Shown piece after piece: positions 52,030 through 64,000 of a DNA stretch of 64,000 nt (position 1 is its first letter; every line of letters starts with the position of its first letter). The position numbers and the translations under genes were made by a program. The stretch is from Octopus sinensis. Taxonomy: Eukaryota. Where the stretch lies: contig NC_042998.1 of assembly GCF_006345805.1 (NCBI RefSeq), positions 73,160,001 through 73,224,000 of the forward strand, given 5' to 3'. Under the pieces are notes generated by a model. That model searched no databases, was not told where the DNA came from, and saw only the letters and a list, made by a program, of their open reading frames with translations.

Positions 52030-52216
52030 TGTTATGTCGCACGTTTGGATGCCTTCTACTCAACTCGACTCCGACTGCTACTCTCTACTACTACTGCTAC
52101 TCTAGTCTACTACGACTGCTACTCCTCCTACTCTTCACTACTGATGGCTAGGCTTCTCCCTATATATCTACGTATTGCGCTAGCCTACTGCATCGTCTGG
52201 GGGCGTCCACACAACA
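52030..52216. mobile_element. Solo LTR (187 bp) with 5-bp TSD
   Basis: ATTTT|TGTT...AACA|ATTTT; internal (CTA)-rich tract and a TATA-like cctatatatc. Confidence 0.7.
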
Positions 52217-52672
52217 ATTTTAGACGAGGTTAGTGTGCGTTATAACAGATAGAAATGTTTAGGATTGAAATATTTCATTTTAATTGGTGCAGACTGATGT
52301 ACACAATAAAAGAGATGCTACTTTCCCTGTTCTTGTCAATGTTTTCTCGCCTATCTTTATTTCAATTCTAAATATTTTCATCAGATTCGAAAGAACATAT
52401 ATTATTAATTTTTTGGCTTGCCAGTCATCCAAATTTTCTCCAATGAATATGAAGACTCTTTCTTCATTAAAATTTCGTGAGACTGAAATATTAAAAAGGT
52501 ATAGTAGTTACGTTTTACTCTAAATAGTATACGCACTCACGAAAACACACATACACGCAATCGCACACCCACATCCAGGCACCACGTGCGGCACACGCAC
52601 ACGTGGGAGTGCATATATATAGAATATATATATACATTTGTATATACATACATATATACACATATATATATA

Positions 52673-52717
<45 letters not shown>

Positions 52718-54199
52718 ATATATATATAATATATATATACATATGTAGCGGCGTACATACACTTTGGTCTCTCTCTATATTTATACTTGTATATATGTAT
52801 GTATACATATGTATACAATTGTATATGAGTTAGTAAGGTGATGTTGAGAGATGCTGAGAGGAAAGCCTTAAGATTGCGTGCATTTCTAGTATAAATTTTA
52901 AAACCAGAATATGATTTTTGCAGAAAAAACATACCAGTGTGTTTTTACTCAATAATTTATTTTCTGTTTAGATGATGCGAAAATTACTATGAAAACAAAC
53001 ACAAATTTCTACTTAATTGACATCTCGCTCCGAGAATGAAACCATCAAATTAAATCAAAACAAATTGTCTTTATATTAAAAAATATTTCTGAAAACAAAT
53101 ATTACTCAGCAATATTTAATGAAAAAATAAATTATTTCATTATGTTTTATTAAATTTATTTTCAAAGTAAATATCTTTTAAACGTATTATAGACACCTAA
53201 TCGATTCTGCCTGGAACAGAATTCTGTGTTAATCACTTTTTTGTGCAATTTTTCTTCAGAAATTCGGTTTTAGATTGTATTTGACGAGTTAAATTGAATT
53301 CAGTTCATTGAATCGGTTATTTAATATATATTTTAGATGTTGCGCTACAAACCAACAGCGAATAAACAAGGAACAGAAGAGAAAAATAGAAAACATGAAA
53401 CTTGAAAACAACAAATTATCCAACTGATTACAATTCAAACCAGCAGGGTGGGGTGAAACATCAGCTGAGAGAATTTATGTACACAGTATTCCAATAGTAA
53501 TTTATTTTCTATGTAATTTCTATAATTATTTTTGGAATAATTAAATTAGTTTTCTTCGATTCTCTCTTTTTGTTTCAACTGAACTTTAAAGTGAATAATA
53601 TGAAAACAATCTTTAATTATCATTTCTTTTTTATTTAAAATCTAGAATTGAGGAGTGAGAAGGTAAGATACATAATTTATTGCACTTAAAGTTATTCTTT
53701 CTGCAAAAATAGTTTCTTTTCAACAAAGTGCATTTCAAGTTCTAATTAATTAATATTTTAATTTATTGACACTCTAATCATCTTAATTATTTTACGCTAC
53801 AATTGTTTGTTACTTAATTTCGTTTTCAAATCCTATTTATCATTTTATAGATTATTTGTAGTTTAGTTGTGAATCGGTCTACATTGTAAGACTTGCTCTT
53901 ATAACTGTTGTGATGTTACGGTGATTTGACGTTGATATATTGCGTTATGGTGCTAAGGTGCTTAGTGTAATATTAAAGAGGTGCGAATGTGCAGTAATAT
54001 AATCCTGGCAAGGTGGAGATCACAGAGTGTGGGAATACCATACTAAAGGATGTTCTCATAATGCAGTAGAGTCGTGGAGAGCAGTATAGTATTCTGTTTG
54101 GTCGAACAATCGTGACGCTAGAAGTAACAGACAAAGTTATCAGCTGAATATATAAGTAAACTAAACATCATGTATTGAGTATTCTCTCTTATTCGTTAT

Positions 54200-54945
54200 C
54201 ACCACCAGTAAGGGTCCCAATCGAGAAGGGTGTGAAGCAAGACTAAGCTTTGTCAATAAATGGTCACCAAAGACATCGACTGGATAGAAGGCGTGAACAT
54301 CAATGGCGAGCAACTGACACAGCTCCGATTCGCAGATGACATTGTACTCATGGCTGACAACGGATCAGCTGCTGACTATGCTAATAGAAATGAACACTCA
54401 GAGCTTAGCAGTAGGTCTTAAAATGAAACATATGAAAAAAAAAATATGTCGTTGGAAGATGTATCACAAAGCCGTATAGAGGTGGGAAGAGATGAAATCG
54501 AGAAGGTACTTAAGACACTTATTGAATACGCGCTGAGATATGGATACTGAAGATTGTAATTAGAATATGGGCAGGAAACAAGACACTTAAGTTAATAAAG
54601 CATGTGTTCCAAACGAAACTAGACAGTGGCATACGCGCCAATCTCTTCAATAGCAGCGTCCTGTCTGCATTCTTATATGCAAATGAGAAGAGGGCTACTA
54701 CGAAGAGATAGACCATCGATTGGCTATGACGTAAAGGGCCATAGAAATTTCCATGCTGAGAATACAACTAAGAGAACGCAGTCGAAATAAGATAACACGG
54801 AAAGAGGCGCAGTGAAGGATGTGATCCTTGAGTATCCAAAGCAGAAGTTCGGGTGGGCTGGAAATGTCGCAAGGTTCACAGGCAAGAGCTGGACCTGCGT
54901 AGTTGCCGAATGTTATTTCTGAAATTGAAAAGGCTACATGGGAGC
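54200..54945 (+). mobile_element. RTE-clade LINE RT fragment
   Basis: VPIEKGVKQ, GVNINGEQLTQLRFADDIVL, AVGLKM, RANLFNSSVL and FGWAGNVARFT. Confidence 0.88.
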
Positions 54946-54949
54946 CCCC

Positions 54950-55131
54950 ACCCCTCGCAATTTCGGGGCGGGGTTAAGTCAATTGCATCGACTCCAAAAC
55001 TCAACTGGTGCTTGTTTTATCGAGATCGAAAGGATGAACGACAAAGACGACCTCCATGGAATTTGAGCTCAGAATGTAAAACGGGCAAAATGCCGCTAAG
55101 AATGCCAGCAATTCTGCCAGCTCACCACCTT
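54950..55131 (-). mobile_element. SINE family A
   Basis: Family core and head (ttctgccagctcaccacc). Confidence 0.8.
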
Positions 55132-55150
55132 GTCCTAGCCTTTTGATATT

Positions 55151-55348
55151 CTTTCCTACTCTAGGCACAAGGCCCGAAATTTTGGGGGAGGGAGCAAGTC
55201 GATTAGACCGATAACAGTACGCAACTGGTACTTAATTTATCGACCCCGAAAGGATGATAGGCCAAGAAGATCTCGGCGAAATTTGAACTCAGAACATAAA
55301 GACAGGCATTTCGCCCGGCGTGCTAACATTTCTGTCAGCTCGCCGCAT
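55151..55348 (-). mobile_element. SINE family A with an 18-bp target-site duplication
   Basis: Flanked by tcctagccttttgatatt (55133-55150) and tcctagccttttaatatt (55349-55366). Confidence 0.85.
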
Positions 55349-55867
55349 TCCTAGCCTTTTAATATTTTTTTTTCTACTGAAATTTAGTATCAACACATAA
55401 CTGAACAACGGTATTTTATTGCTGATTAATATATACCTGTTTTAGAAATTGTTCTACAAAACAGTCGCAGTTGTTTTAATCTTTGTTGCTGAAATTATTG
55501 CATTTTGTCAAAGTTATAATTTGCTATATAAAAATTAGCGCTGAATACTTGCATGATTTTTTGCTGCCTTCACTGGTCATTTGGCTGATGAGATTTCAGT
55601 TCGCTGATTATTATAGTCGATCTGAGGGAATCGAATGTTCATTTGCTTTTCAATCTAGAGGTACACGACGATAGTTTGTACCGTTAGATACGAATTAATA
55701 GCCACAGGTTCATACACTTACATAACTACACACGCATTTATGTAGATACGCACATATATATATAAATAAATATATACAGGGAGAGTTTACGAAAAAAACA
55801 AAGACGAAGACAGGTGGTGTACAAAACAAACATATGTATTAGTATAACGCTCAGGAATAGAATAAGT

Positions 55868-55903
55868 CTTTTACGTTTCGAGCCTACGCTCTTCTACAGA
55901 AAG
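55868..55903 (-). ncRNA. Minimal hammerhead-like motif with CUGUAGA core, in a ~180-bp repeat (~55775-55950)
   Basis: Reverse complement: CTTT-CTGTAGA-A-GAGC gtag GCTC-GAAA-CGTA-AAAG. All three stems pair perfectly and the cleavage triplet is GUA. Confidence 0.6.
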
Positions 55904-58900
55904 GGACACAAAAAAAACAAGGAGAGAAAAATGTGTGTAGTGGCCAACGATCTATCATATATATATATATATATATTGAGAGACAGACAGACCGGCAGAC
56001 AGACAGACAGACATTCTACCCAAAAACATTTGTTCATACAAGACAACAGCAGAAGTCACTTGTCCCAAATGCCATCTAGTGAGATCAAACTGAGGCGCAT
56101 AAGATTGCGAAGTGAAACTCTTAACTCTTCGACTGTTATTGCTTCAATAAAAATAAAAATGTGAAAAGCAAGGAAACATAAACTGACTTTGATTCATTAC
56201 ACACTAGTAATACTACACATGAAGCTCCGTTGAGCATTTCAGTAACCGTAACAGTGTAGCTTACCTTAAAATTGAAAAGTTGTTTGCTGCTGCATCAAGT
56301 TACGGTAACTTCAGCCTCGTGTTTAACTCATAATTGCTCTCTCCGTAAATAGATATAGAGTTGTGATGGGATGGAGAACTAATTTCAGTTCTCAACACAC
56401 TTAATAGCATTTAAGTGTTTAAATCTTCTGTGTAATATAATTCCTCTTGGTCTGTTAGGTTTCATATCATTTGGGTTGTATTTGTAGTCTGCCAAGTAAA
56501 TAGCATTCATGGTTCACTCGTGTTGTACACTGAAACGGAAATATAGCTAATGTTTGAAAAATAAACGATAGCAAAATTAGCAGGTCTTTTTGTTTTTACA
56601 AAAGAACCTTAGCCCAAACTTTGGAAACGAATAAACGTATCATTTGTATTTTAAAAACAACTCCGCCAACGTTTAACTTACAATCATGTACTGGCTTCTT
56701 GTGTTAACATAGTCGCTCAAGTAATCGATGACTTTTTAATTGCTAGCATAAGAAATGTACAAATATTATCAAAATATTTAAACATGTATAACATAGTAAG
56801 AATAATGATATTTTATTTTATTTGGAAATTCTTCCTACTGTGGAACAAATGGGAAGTTATTTAAATGAAAAGTCTTTACGCCCCATATTATCAGACATAG
56901 CGTTAACTCCAAGAAAGTAATGTATTTTTGAAAATCTTAGGTGATTTCTCATTCTCAGCGCGAAGTTGTTTGAAAAGTAAGTAAATAGAAAACTCAATTT
57001 ATGTGGATAGATAGTACGGGTATTATAAATATTTCAAATGATTTATATTATTTTTTGAATATCAAAAGTTATCATTTCTCATATACACATCAAATAATAT
57101 TCACAATGGAGGCAAGAGTTATAATCTTCATAATGATATGATATTGTTTAGAAGGAAATAGCCGCTATATGGGGTGTTATGGAATTAGTGTAATGTTCAA
57201 AACAAGTTTGTTGATAGTTTGTACAGATAATTATTGAAGAAATGTGCATATTGTGATATGTTAGTAATATATTAAAATAGCATTTAAAGACACCTGTATA
57301 TTTAAGATCATTACATTTAAAATATTTTTAAAAGAAATAGAGCTTACATGTCACAATCAAAGATTAGTTTCTAGGTTTTAAACTGATCTGGATGAAGTGA
57401 TTTATATATATATATATATATTGATCATTTTCCTATATAGTGAATGTGTTTTAATCTCCGTTATTTATATCTCTGTCGTTAAGCGGGCAAAGCTAATTAT
57501 GTTCAATAAAGTCTTTAAGATTTACTGAGAGAGAATAAATTAGCAAAGTCGATATTTGATGGAAATATTTCTTAATTGGACGGCTTAAGTTAAAGAGTAT
57601 TTAAAAATAAATAAACTAAATGGCTTACAAAATGCTTATATTGATGTTTACAGAAAAACAGACTTAGCGATAGTGTTAGTAAACATATAAATGACTAGCT
57701 TACGTGCGAGCAGGATTACAATGTGAAATAATAATAGAATTAGGTTAATTTAACTACATTGGTTCTTCATAAATTTCTAATTTTATTTCAGTTAGTAATT
57801 TTAGAAATTTATTCATAGAATTTATTACATACCAGATGTCTCTTAATATTCGTAAACAATTTTCCAATACGATTTAGAAGTACTGCGTAGAAGTTATAGA
57901 GTTCAATCTATAAAAATGAGACAACTGGGAGATTAATTAGAAACTTAAATAGTAATGATTACTTATAGCAACATATTACTAGCTACTTTTTGAGATCGCA
58001 TGCTGCTTTACAAAGAATCTGATGTAAAACTGAACATTTTTTTTAATTAAGGAATTTGTTTCCTCATAACATTTCTAATAACTGAATCCTTGTATTGACA
58101 CCCGGACACATACCAGAGAGAAATCTCACGAATATGGTGACCGCGAAAAATCTACGAGGGAAAAATTAGGCATATTGGGAAGCATTAACTGAAGAATGGA
58201 CTATCAAGGGAAGATTATACTTTTGTGAATCGGGTTATTAGCCTGATTATCCACGTGTTTCTTCAACTAAAAGAAATATTTGGGGATACGAATTTTTGGT
58301 AGGAAAATAAAGAAGGGCTGGGATTTAATGAGAGAGATGTCTTTGTAAGTAGTATACGGTTGTTTAGTTCATCGTGGAAAAACTTAGCGTTTTAAACAGA
58401 CGTGCTCTAGGGCAATATTTTCTGTTTCAAGAATCATATAAAAATTTATAAAGTTGAAGTAGTAGATCAAAGTAAATATTTTAAAATATTCATGGTGTCT
58501 GATTTTAATATAGTATTAAATAAGAGTGGAGTAATGCATGAAAAAAAAACAATTTAAGTGAAATATTTGTTACAAACACAAATTATGTGAGTCCTGTGGC
58601 TGCATTAGATATATCTTAATTGTACGAATATAGTAACTTTTTAAAGTAAAAAGACATAACGAAGCACACTACGATATATTTTAAATTGCATTTTATGTTT
58701 TTGATTCATATACACCATATGGATTTTAAAGGTGCGCACAATTTATCTCGTTGCGTTAGTGGATAAAGAGAGTTTTGATAAATAAATTAAAGCGGATTAA
58801 CTGAGACTAATTATAAAACTAAGACATTGATGCTGTTAGTAAATATTGCTGTTTTGTAAACAGTATCATGAACATAGCTTCTACTGTTTCATGATGGTGT

Positions 58901-59559
58901 TAACGTAGATATAGTTAATAGCATTAGAATAGGTAATAATCAGATTCAGCTTAGATTTGTTAGAGGTAAGTGCTATTCGTTTATATTCTCCAATACTTTC
59001 TATATTGTAAGGCATCACCAATCCACAGAATTATAGGAGCGTTGACTAAAATACAAAGTAATATTACTTCTGATTCTTTGCTCGCTGCGACCAAGATCCA
59101 CAGTTAACCTTACTTGGCATAGCTAAAATAAATATCATTCCAAGACGGTTGATTGGAAGACTTTCGGGAAATATGTCCTCTTTAATCTGTTCATGGATTT
59201 TGTATTCGGACAGCAACACTTGGACGACAAGGTGACCAAGCCTGTATCAGCCCTCGTCGCTATCCATTCCATTAAATAAACGTCGGTCACGCAGAAGAGA
59301 GGTTCTTGCATACACTGGCAACAACGCAAATATCATGCTTACATAAATGCCAAACTACCAAAATAAATCTATTTTGCAGTTAGAAGCCTACGTTAGGTCA
59401 AGGTGATGAAGATGTTAATATACATGTGACATATAAATCTACAATACGTGTCACCTCAGCAGAATCATTTCTATCATATGGGCATCACATGCCAAGTAGG
59501 AGAGTCTTTTCCAAATAGCTTAGGGACATCGCAGTGCAAAACATAAGATTGGTTGAGAG

Positions 59560-60400
59560 CACGAAGAGATTCAGAAGCTGCGCGAATATAAACAATGTCT
59601 TTCTTGTGACATCTGCAAAACTAGGAGAGGAACAGTGTTGTTTTTGGAGAAATTAATTCCAAATTGCAGAGAGAATTGAGAACGCTGAAGAGCGACTGGT
59701 GTCGGAGGGAGGAAGAAAGCATGCAGAGCATGGCCGATAAGCATGACTAACTCGGGATGGTTACGGAACAGAAAGTCATGTATGATCCCAGGAGCAACAC
59801 AAGTCAATAGACGGGAGCAAAGTACACACCCACCTTCGAAAGAGAGAACCAAGTGGTAAGAACATTTCCGTAACCTGTTCACTCAGCAAGGATCCGTCCA
59901 TCCAGGCATATGCAGATGGCTAAAACAGCACCAGAACCGAAACAACCTCTGCCATGAGAACGCCATGCAGAAGCTAACTAAAGAAGAGCAGCAACAACCT
60001 ATCGTCATGATGGTTGTGGATGTTTTTAAAGTGTTGTAGACGGAAACTCTTTTGGAATGTACTGCAGACTTATGAATTCTCTCAGGTAATATAATCAAGC
60101 AGTTATGTTAGTTATGTTAGCAGTTATAATCAAGAGGAATGTTAGTACTCGTCCCTGTTAGTAGAGATTTTAGGGAAGGGCTTGTAGTCAAGCACGGTGT
60201 GAAGTATGACTGTTTGCTTGCCTCCCCAACCCCATCACAAATCTCTTTACCTCGCAGATATGCTTGACACTACAAGGGTTAAACTGCACATGGATTTTTT
60301 CACTGCGCTAGAACAGACGAGAAGCTCTTCAAGTTGGCCCGTCTTCATTCCTTGGTGCATAGGAGGCAGGGAGAATAGTGACACTGTACACCTTTACTTT
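59560..60400 (+). mobile_element. RTE/BovB-like LINE fragment (EN-RT linker and RT), internally deleted
   Basis: QRELRTLKSDW...MADKHD...VMYDPRS, W.EHFRNL, VKHGVKYDCLLA, LYLADML and RTDEKLFKLARL. Confidence 0.8.
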
Positions 60401-60699
60401 TGTGTTTTGCACAATGACACGGAAACTTCATAGATAATTGATTAAAAATAAAAATTAAATTCTTAATTCAGCTAACAAATAATCATAAAACTGTCTAATG
60501 TAAATGAAGTAACAATTAGAGCATTTAATAATTTGAACAAATGGGAGATAGCATCATCGCAGGATCTTTAATATTTTCAAAACACACATCAAACAGAGTA
60601 ATTTTGCAAGGATAATGAAAATATTTAATTATTTTGGATAGAGCATAAACCTCAAATCCGTTGTCTATTTACGGCTTTGCTACATGACGAAATTCAGTA

Positions 60700-61110
60700 G
60701 GTATTCTCAAACAAATCAACATCACAAATCAGGTAGTAACCGATGGTTAGAAAAAGGAAAATATTCAATCCTTCATATCAAATTCCTAGTCAAAGTAATT
60801 GAAATATTTTCCCATTCTTCACAATACATATTTAATGCAGCTGAAACCGATCCATTCTGGAAAAACTGTGCTAAAGAGAATGTTTATATTACGAACATAA
60901 AAAAAAACAATAAACAGTTATACATAACATAAATATCGAATTACATTAACAGTACGCTGTATAATAAATACATTAGGTGACTTTTCAGAATAAAAATATT
61001 CATCCAGTTCATTGGCATGCAAATAAAAATTAATGGATGACTGCAACAATATGCAAAACCTCGTTTTCGTCAAAATGTTCTTCCTGAATCTGAAATTTAT
61101 TCGCACGTAA
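60700..61110 (+). mobile_element. pogo/Tigger DDE-domain remnant
   Basis: SNRWLEK, YIFNAAETDPFWK (IFNADETGLFWK motif) and PVHWHANKN*WMT. Confidence 0.75.
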
Positions 61111-61592
61111 ACCATATTGACTTTCAAATGCTATTACTATTTGTTAACGTTTCATCACATCACTGATGTAGGATGCCCTAAAGTTAAATAGCAGATTTTA
61201 TATCCAAAACTAAACGTTGTATCCAAATACTTGAGAGTGATAGAATTTGTTATTTTAAAATAAATTAATTTAAGAATTAGCACAAAATCTAGTTGATGGT
61301 AGACAAACAACTTATTGTTTCAGATCTATGTAAATTAAATTCGCAAGGTTATGCAGATGTAAAGGAAAACCGATTTTCAGATGATGGTAATTGTAGTGGG
61401 TGAAGACAACACAAACACACAGAGGCATATATTATTGTATGTGTGCGTGTTTGTGTAGAAATCATTAAGGGGGCTTATTTGCAATTTACAAGCAAAAGGC
61501 ACAAGTAGATACATCACAAAAGTGACTAAGAGTGCTCGTCAACACCATCATTGCTAGAAATAGGAATTCTTTTGTCTCTTATTTCAAGCAAC

Positions 61593-61630
<38 letters not shown>

Positions 61631-61715
61631 TCAATTCAAATAAACGAATAAAATTAAAGGACAAGAGGACGTTGCCAAGAAATGTATTATCTTGACACTC
61701 GGTGAAAAGAGAGAG

Positions 61716-61748
61716 TTTGTCGTTTCGAGCTGAGCCCTTCGTCGGAAA
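61716..61748 (-). ncRNA. Minimal hammerhead-like motif with CCGACGA core and mutated cleavage triplet, in a PLE-like tail (~61630-61800)
   Basis: Reverse complement: TTT-CCGACGA-A-GGGC tca GCTC-GAAA-C-GAC-AAA. Confidence 0.45.
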
Positions 61749-62029
61749 GGAGAAGGGGAAAAGTCTAAAGAAGGAAAAGAAATCGCTAGTAGCAGGTCTG
61801 TGGTTACATTGTTTAAGTGATCGGAAGTAGAATAAGATAAAGATTTTTAGGACAGGTGAGTGCGACGAAAGCCAGTATATGTCTTTGTGTATGGTAGTAT
61901 GTGTGTGCGTCTGGCTTTGCGTGTGTGAGTAGTGTGCTTTGTGTGTGTATGTGTGTGCATGGTAGAATCTGTGTGCGTGTATGTTTGTGTCAATCAGTAG
62001 AGGGTATACATATATATATATATATATAT

Positions 62030-62960
62030 AGTGGACGAATTGACGAATTGATTTGCAATGGTGGTGGAATACTTTCCATGTCATAAAAATGACAGAACGC
62101 TTGCAACAGCGTTGGAGGGAATGAAATTTCAATTCCTCAAACACGCACTCGGAGACGATTCATGTTGTGCTCGCATTTAATGGTGTCCCACTGTGTCTTT
62201 TGTTTTCAGTGATTTTCCCTTTTTGAAACAACTTTACTCTTGCAAATGCCATTTATCTTTGTATACAACCAAGCGCTTCGTGTGAACGCCGGTCCTTCGG
62301 GAAAAATTCAAAGATGGCACGTGGCTTCTGCTTGGAACCCGTTATTCTTTTGCAATGAAGAACACGCAGTTTCTGTGAGCAAACTAAGTCAAATCAAAAA
62401 GAAAATGTTCAGCCTTATATTACCTGTTGGTTATGGAGATGACACAAATGGCAAAAGTAATGAGCACAGATCGAGGAATATGAAGAGCAACATTATTAAA
62501 AACATATAGACTCAGTGGAACTGCATCTGCTGCGATCAGACAAGAATCGCCAGTGAATGGACGAATTGATTCGCCAAGCTGCTTGGAATATTTTCCACGT
62601 CATAAAAACGATATAATGCTTGCAGCAGCGTTGGAGAGAACGAAGTTTGAGTTTCTCGAGACGATTCCAATACGCATATATCATGTTTCCTAATTTTATT
62701 GTAATTGATTTCTAGGGCTCCTCAATGATTATAATATTTTATTTCGTGTACAGAGACCACAGCGGACTACAGTATTAGAAGTGAGTAGAGGCGAAATTGA
62801 AGAGGAGAAGGTCAATATCAGGAGTGTCGATAGACCAAGAAATCCTGAGGATCCAGGAGCACACTTTGCGAACCATATCGACGTGGTTGTTAATGTGGGC
62901 AGTCCAGCTTAAGCGGTTCTGGACGGTCACAAGAAAGGTCCACGGAAATTAGTCGAAAGA
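62030..62960 (-). mobile_element. CR1-type LINE ORF2 fragments (62030-62170 and 62500-62960)
   Basis: LSWTAHIN...VRKVCSWILR...YCSPLWS; YWNRLEKLKLRSLQRCC..YIVFMTWKI; second copy EELKFHSLQRCCKRSVIFMTWKV. Confidence 0.8.
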
Positions 62961-63904
62961 GATATCTGCACTTATTTTTAAAATAAGTGAGACATTTTTC
63001 AGAATGTAATTAAATTAATTTATGCGAATTCCTCTATGTTGTGTTACATGATATTATCCTGTGAAAGTACGCTAAATTATTCTATTTCATACCACTTTAA
63101 TATCCACTTTTATTTCAACACATGAACATATACATTTGTGACGTACCTGCGCTATTGTGTGTGAATTTGAGTATGTTGATATATGTATGTGTGAGTAGTT
63201 GGATTCTATTTTTCTATACATATAGGTATTAATTCGTCAATTGGCTCTTAACCTTGAAGATTGAAATCCTCCTTCCTCACCCTCTTAGAAAGAAATATAC
63301 TTTTAGCTGACGAAAACAGTACAGAATAATTCTTTTTATTATAATTTTGACATATTTCTTCTCTGGCACAGATATCTATAAGATAGTTGTTTTCCGTATA
63401 GCATGTTTGTATCAATGGAAAAACTTAAGGATATACTTTAAATATAACATTCATGACTTTTATAATCTACCAATAAAAACAAAAATAAATGGCAGCTTTT
63501 TCCAGCAGCAAGTCAGATATGTGAAATGCTAACAAGATATTATTTAGCTTGTTTGAGAGAAGCAAATCAAAAGAGAAGTTTGGAATGCGGTAAGAGAGAT
63601 ATGCTGACATTTATGACAGCCGCACAAAGGTGTACCTTTCATGCTTATTTCTCTGCATATGTTTGTGACAGGTGCCTCTCTCCGCCTTCATTCTTGTATC
63701 TCGGCAAAGAAAAGGAGCGAAAAATTAGTCTAAATCCATTCAAGAAACACCTTACATTTGCAAAATTCTTTAAAAATATTAACCTTTTCAGAAGAAATAT
63801 CATGCTTATATAAACATTCTACTCAGGGATTTTAATATATATTTTCTAGAGCTACCAATTCCCTTTTTTTAAAAATTACGTTTACGTATTCACTATACCG
63901 GAAA

Positions 63905-64000
63905 TGTTGGGGGATGGACTAGTCGATTACATCGACCACTGTGCTCAAGTGGTACTTATTTTATCAACTCCGAAAGGATGAAAAGCAAAGTCTATCTCGT
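63905..64000 (-). mobile_element. SINE family A, runs off the window
   Basis: gactagtcgattacatcgacc...tccgaaaggatgaaa. Confidence 0.8.

Noticed and set aside
62747-62911. Apparent plus-strand terminal exon (RPQRTTVLEVSRGEIEEEK...)
   Set aside because: It is the antisense frame of the CR1 RT fragment (LSWTAHIN...YCSPLWS) on the minus strand.

Overview
AT-rich, microsatellite-saturated eukaryotic non-coding DNA. The SINE families and repeat make-up look like an octopus (coleoid cephalopod) genome; this is recognition from memory, not a database hit. I cannot support any intact host protein-coding gene, tRNA/rRNA gene or CRISPR array, and most ORFs in the track are translations of (TA)n/(CA)n/(CAT)n/(ATT)n tracts. 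The window is a fossil bed of mobile elements. Retroelements: at least three tRNA-derived SINE families, LINE fragments (L1/Tx1, CR1, RTE, R2/R4-type RLE), several Penelope-like element (PLE) fragments and a 187-bp solo LTR. DNA elements: Tc1, mariner, two pogo/Tigger remnants, a hAT MITE and a composite Helitron with a PIF1 fragment. The signal the ORF track does not explain is a set of minimal hammerhead-ribozyme (HHR)-like folds in short non-coding repeats. One is a tRNA-headed SINE carrying an HHR, present as a head-to-head ~645-bp palindrome at 16.0-16.7 kb. Two related ~200-bp elements (38.8 and 55.9 kb) both carry a non-canonical CUGUNGA core. Further degenerate copies lie at 8.7, 35.6 and 61.7 kb, and PLE RT remnants that could be the mobilising partner are in the same window. 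Ribozyme activity is untested. Most boundaries are read by eye and are approximate unless a terminal motif is quoted.
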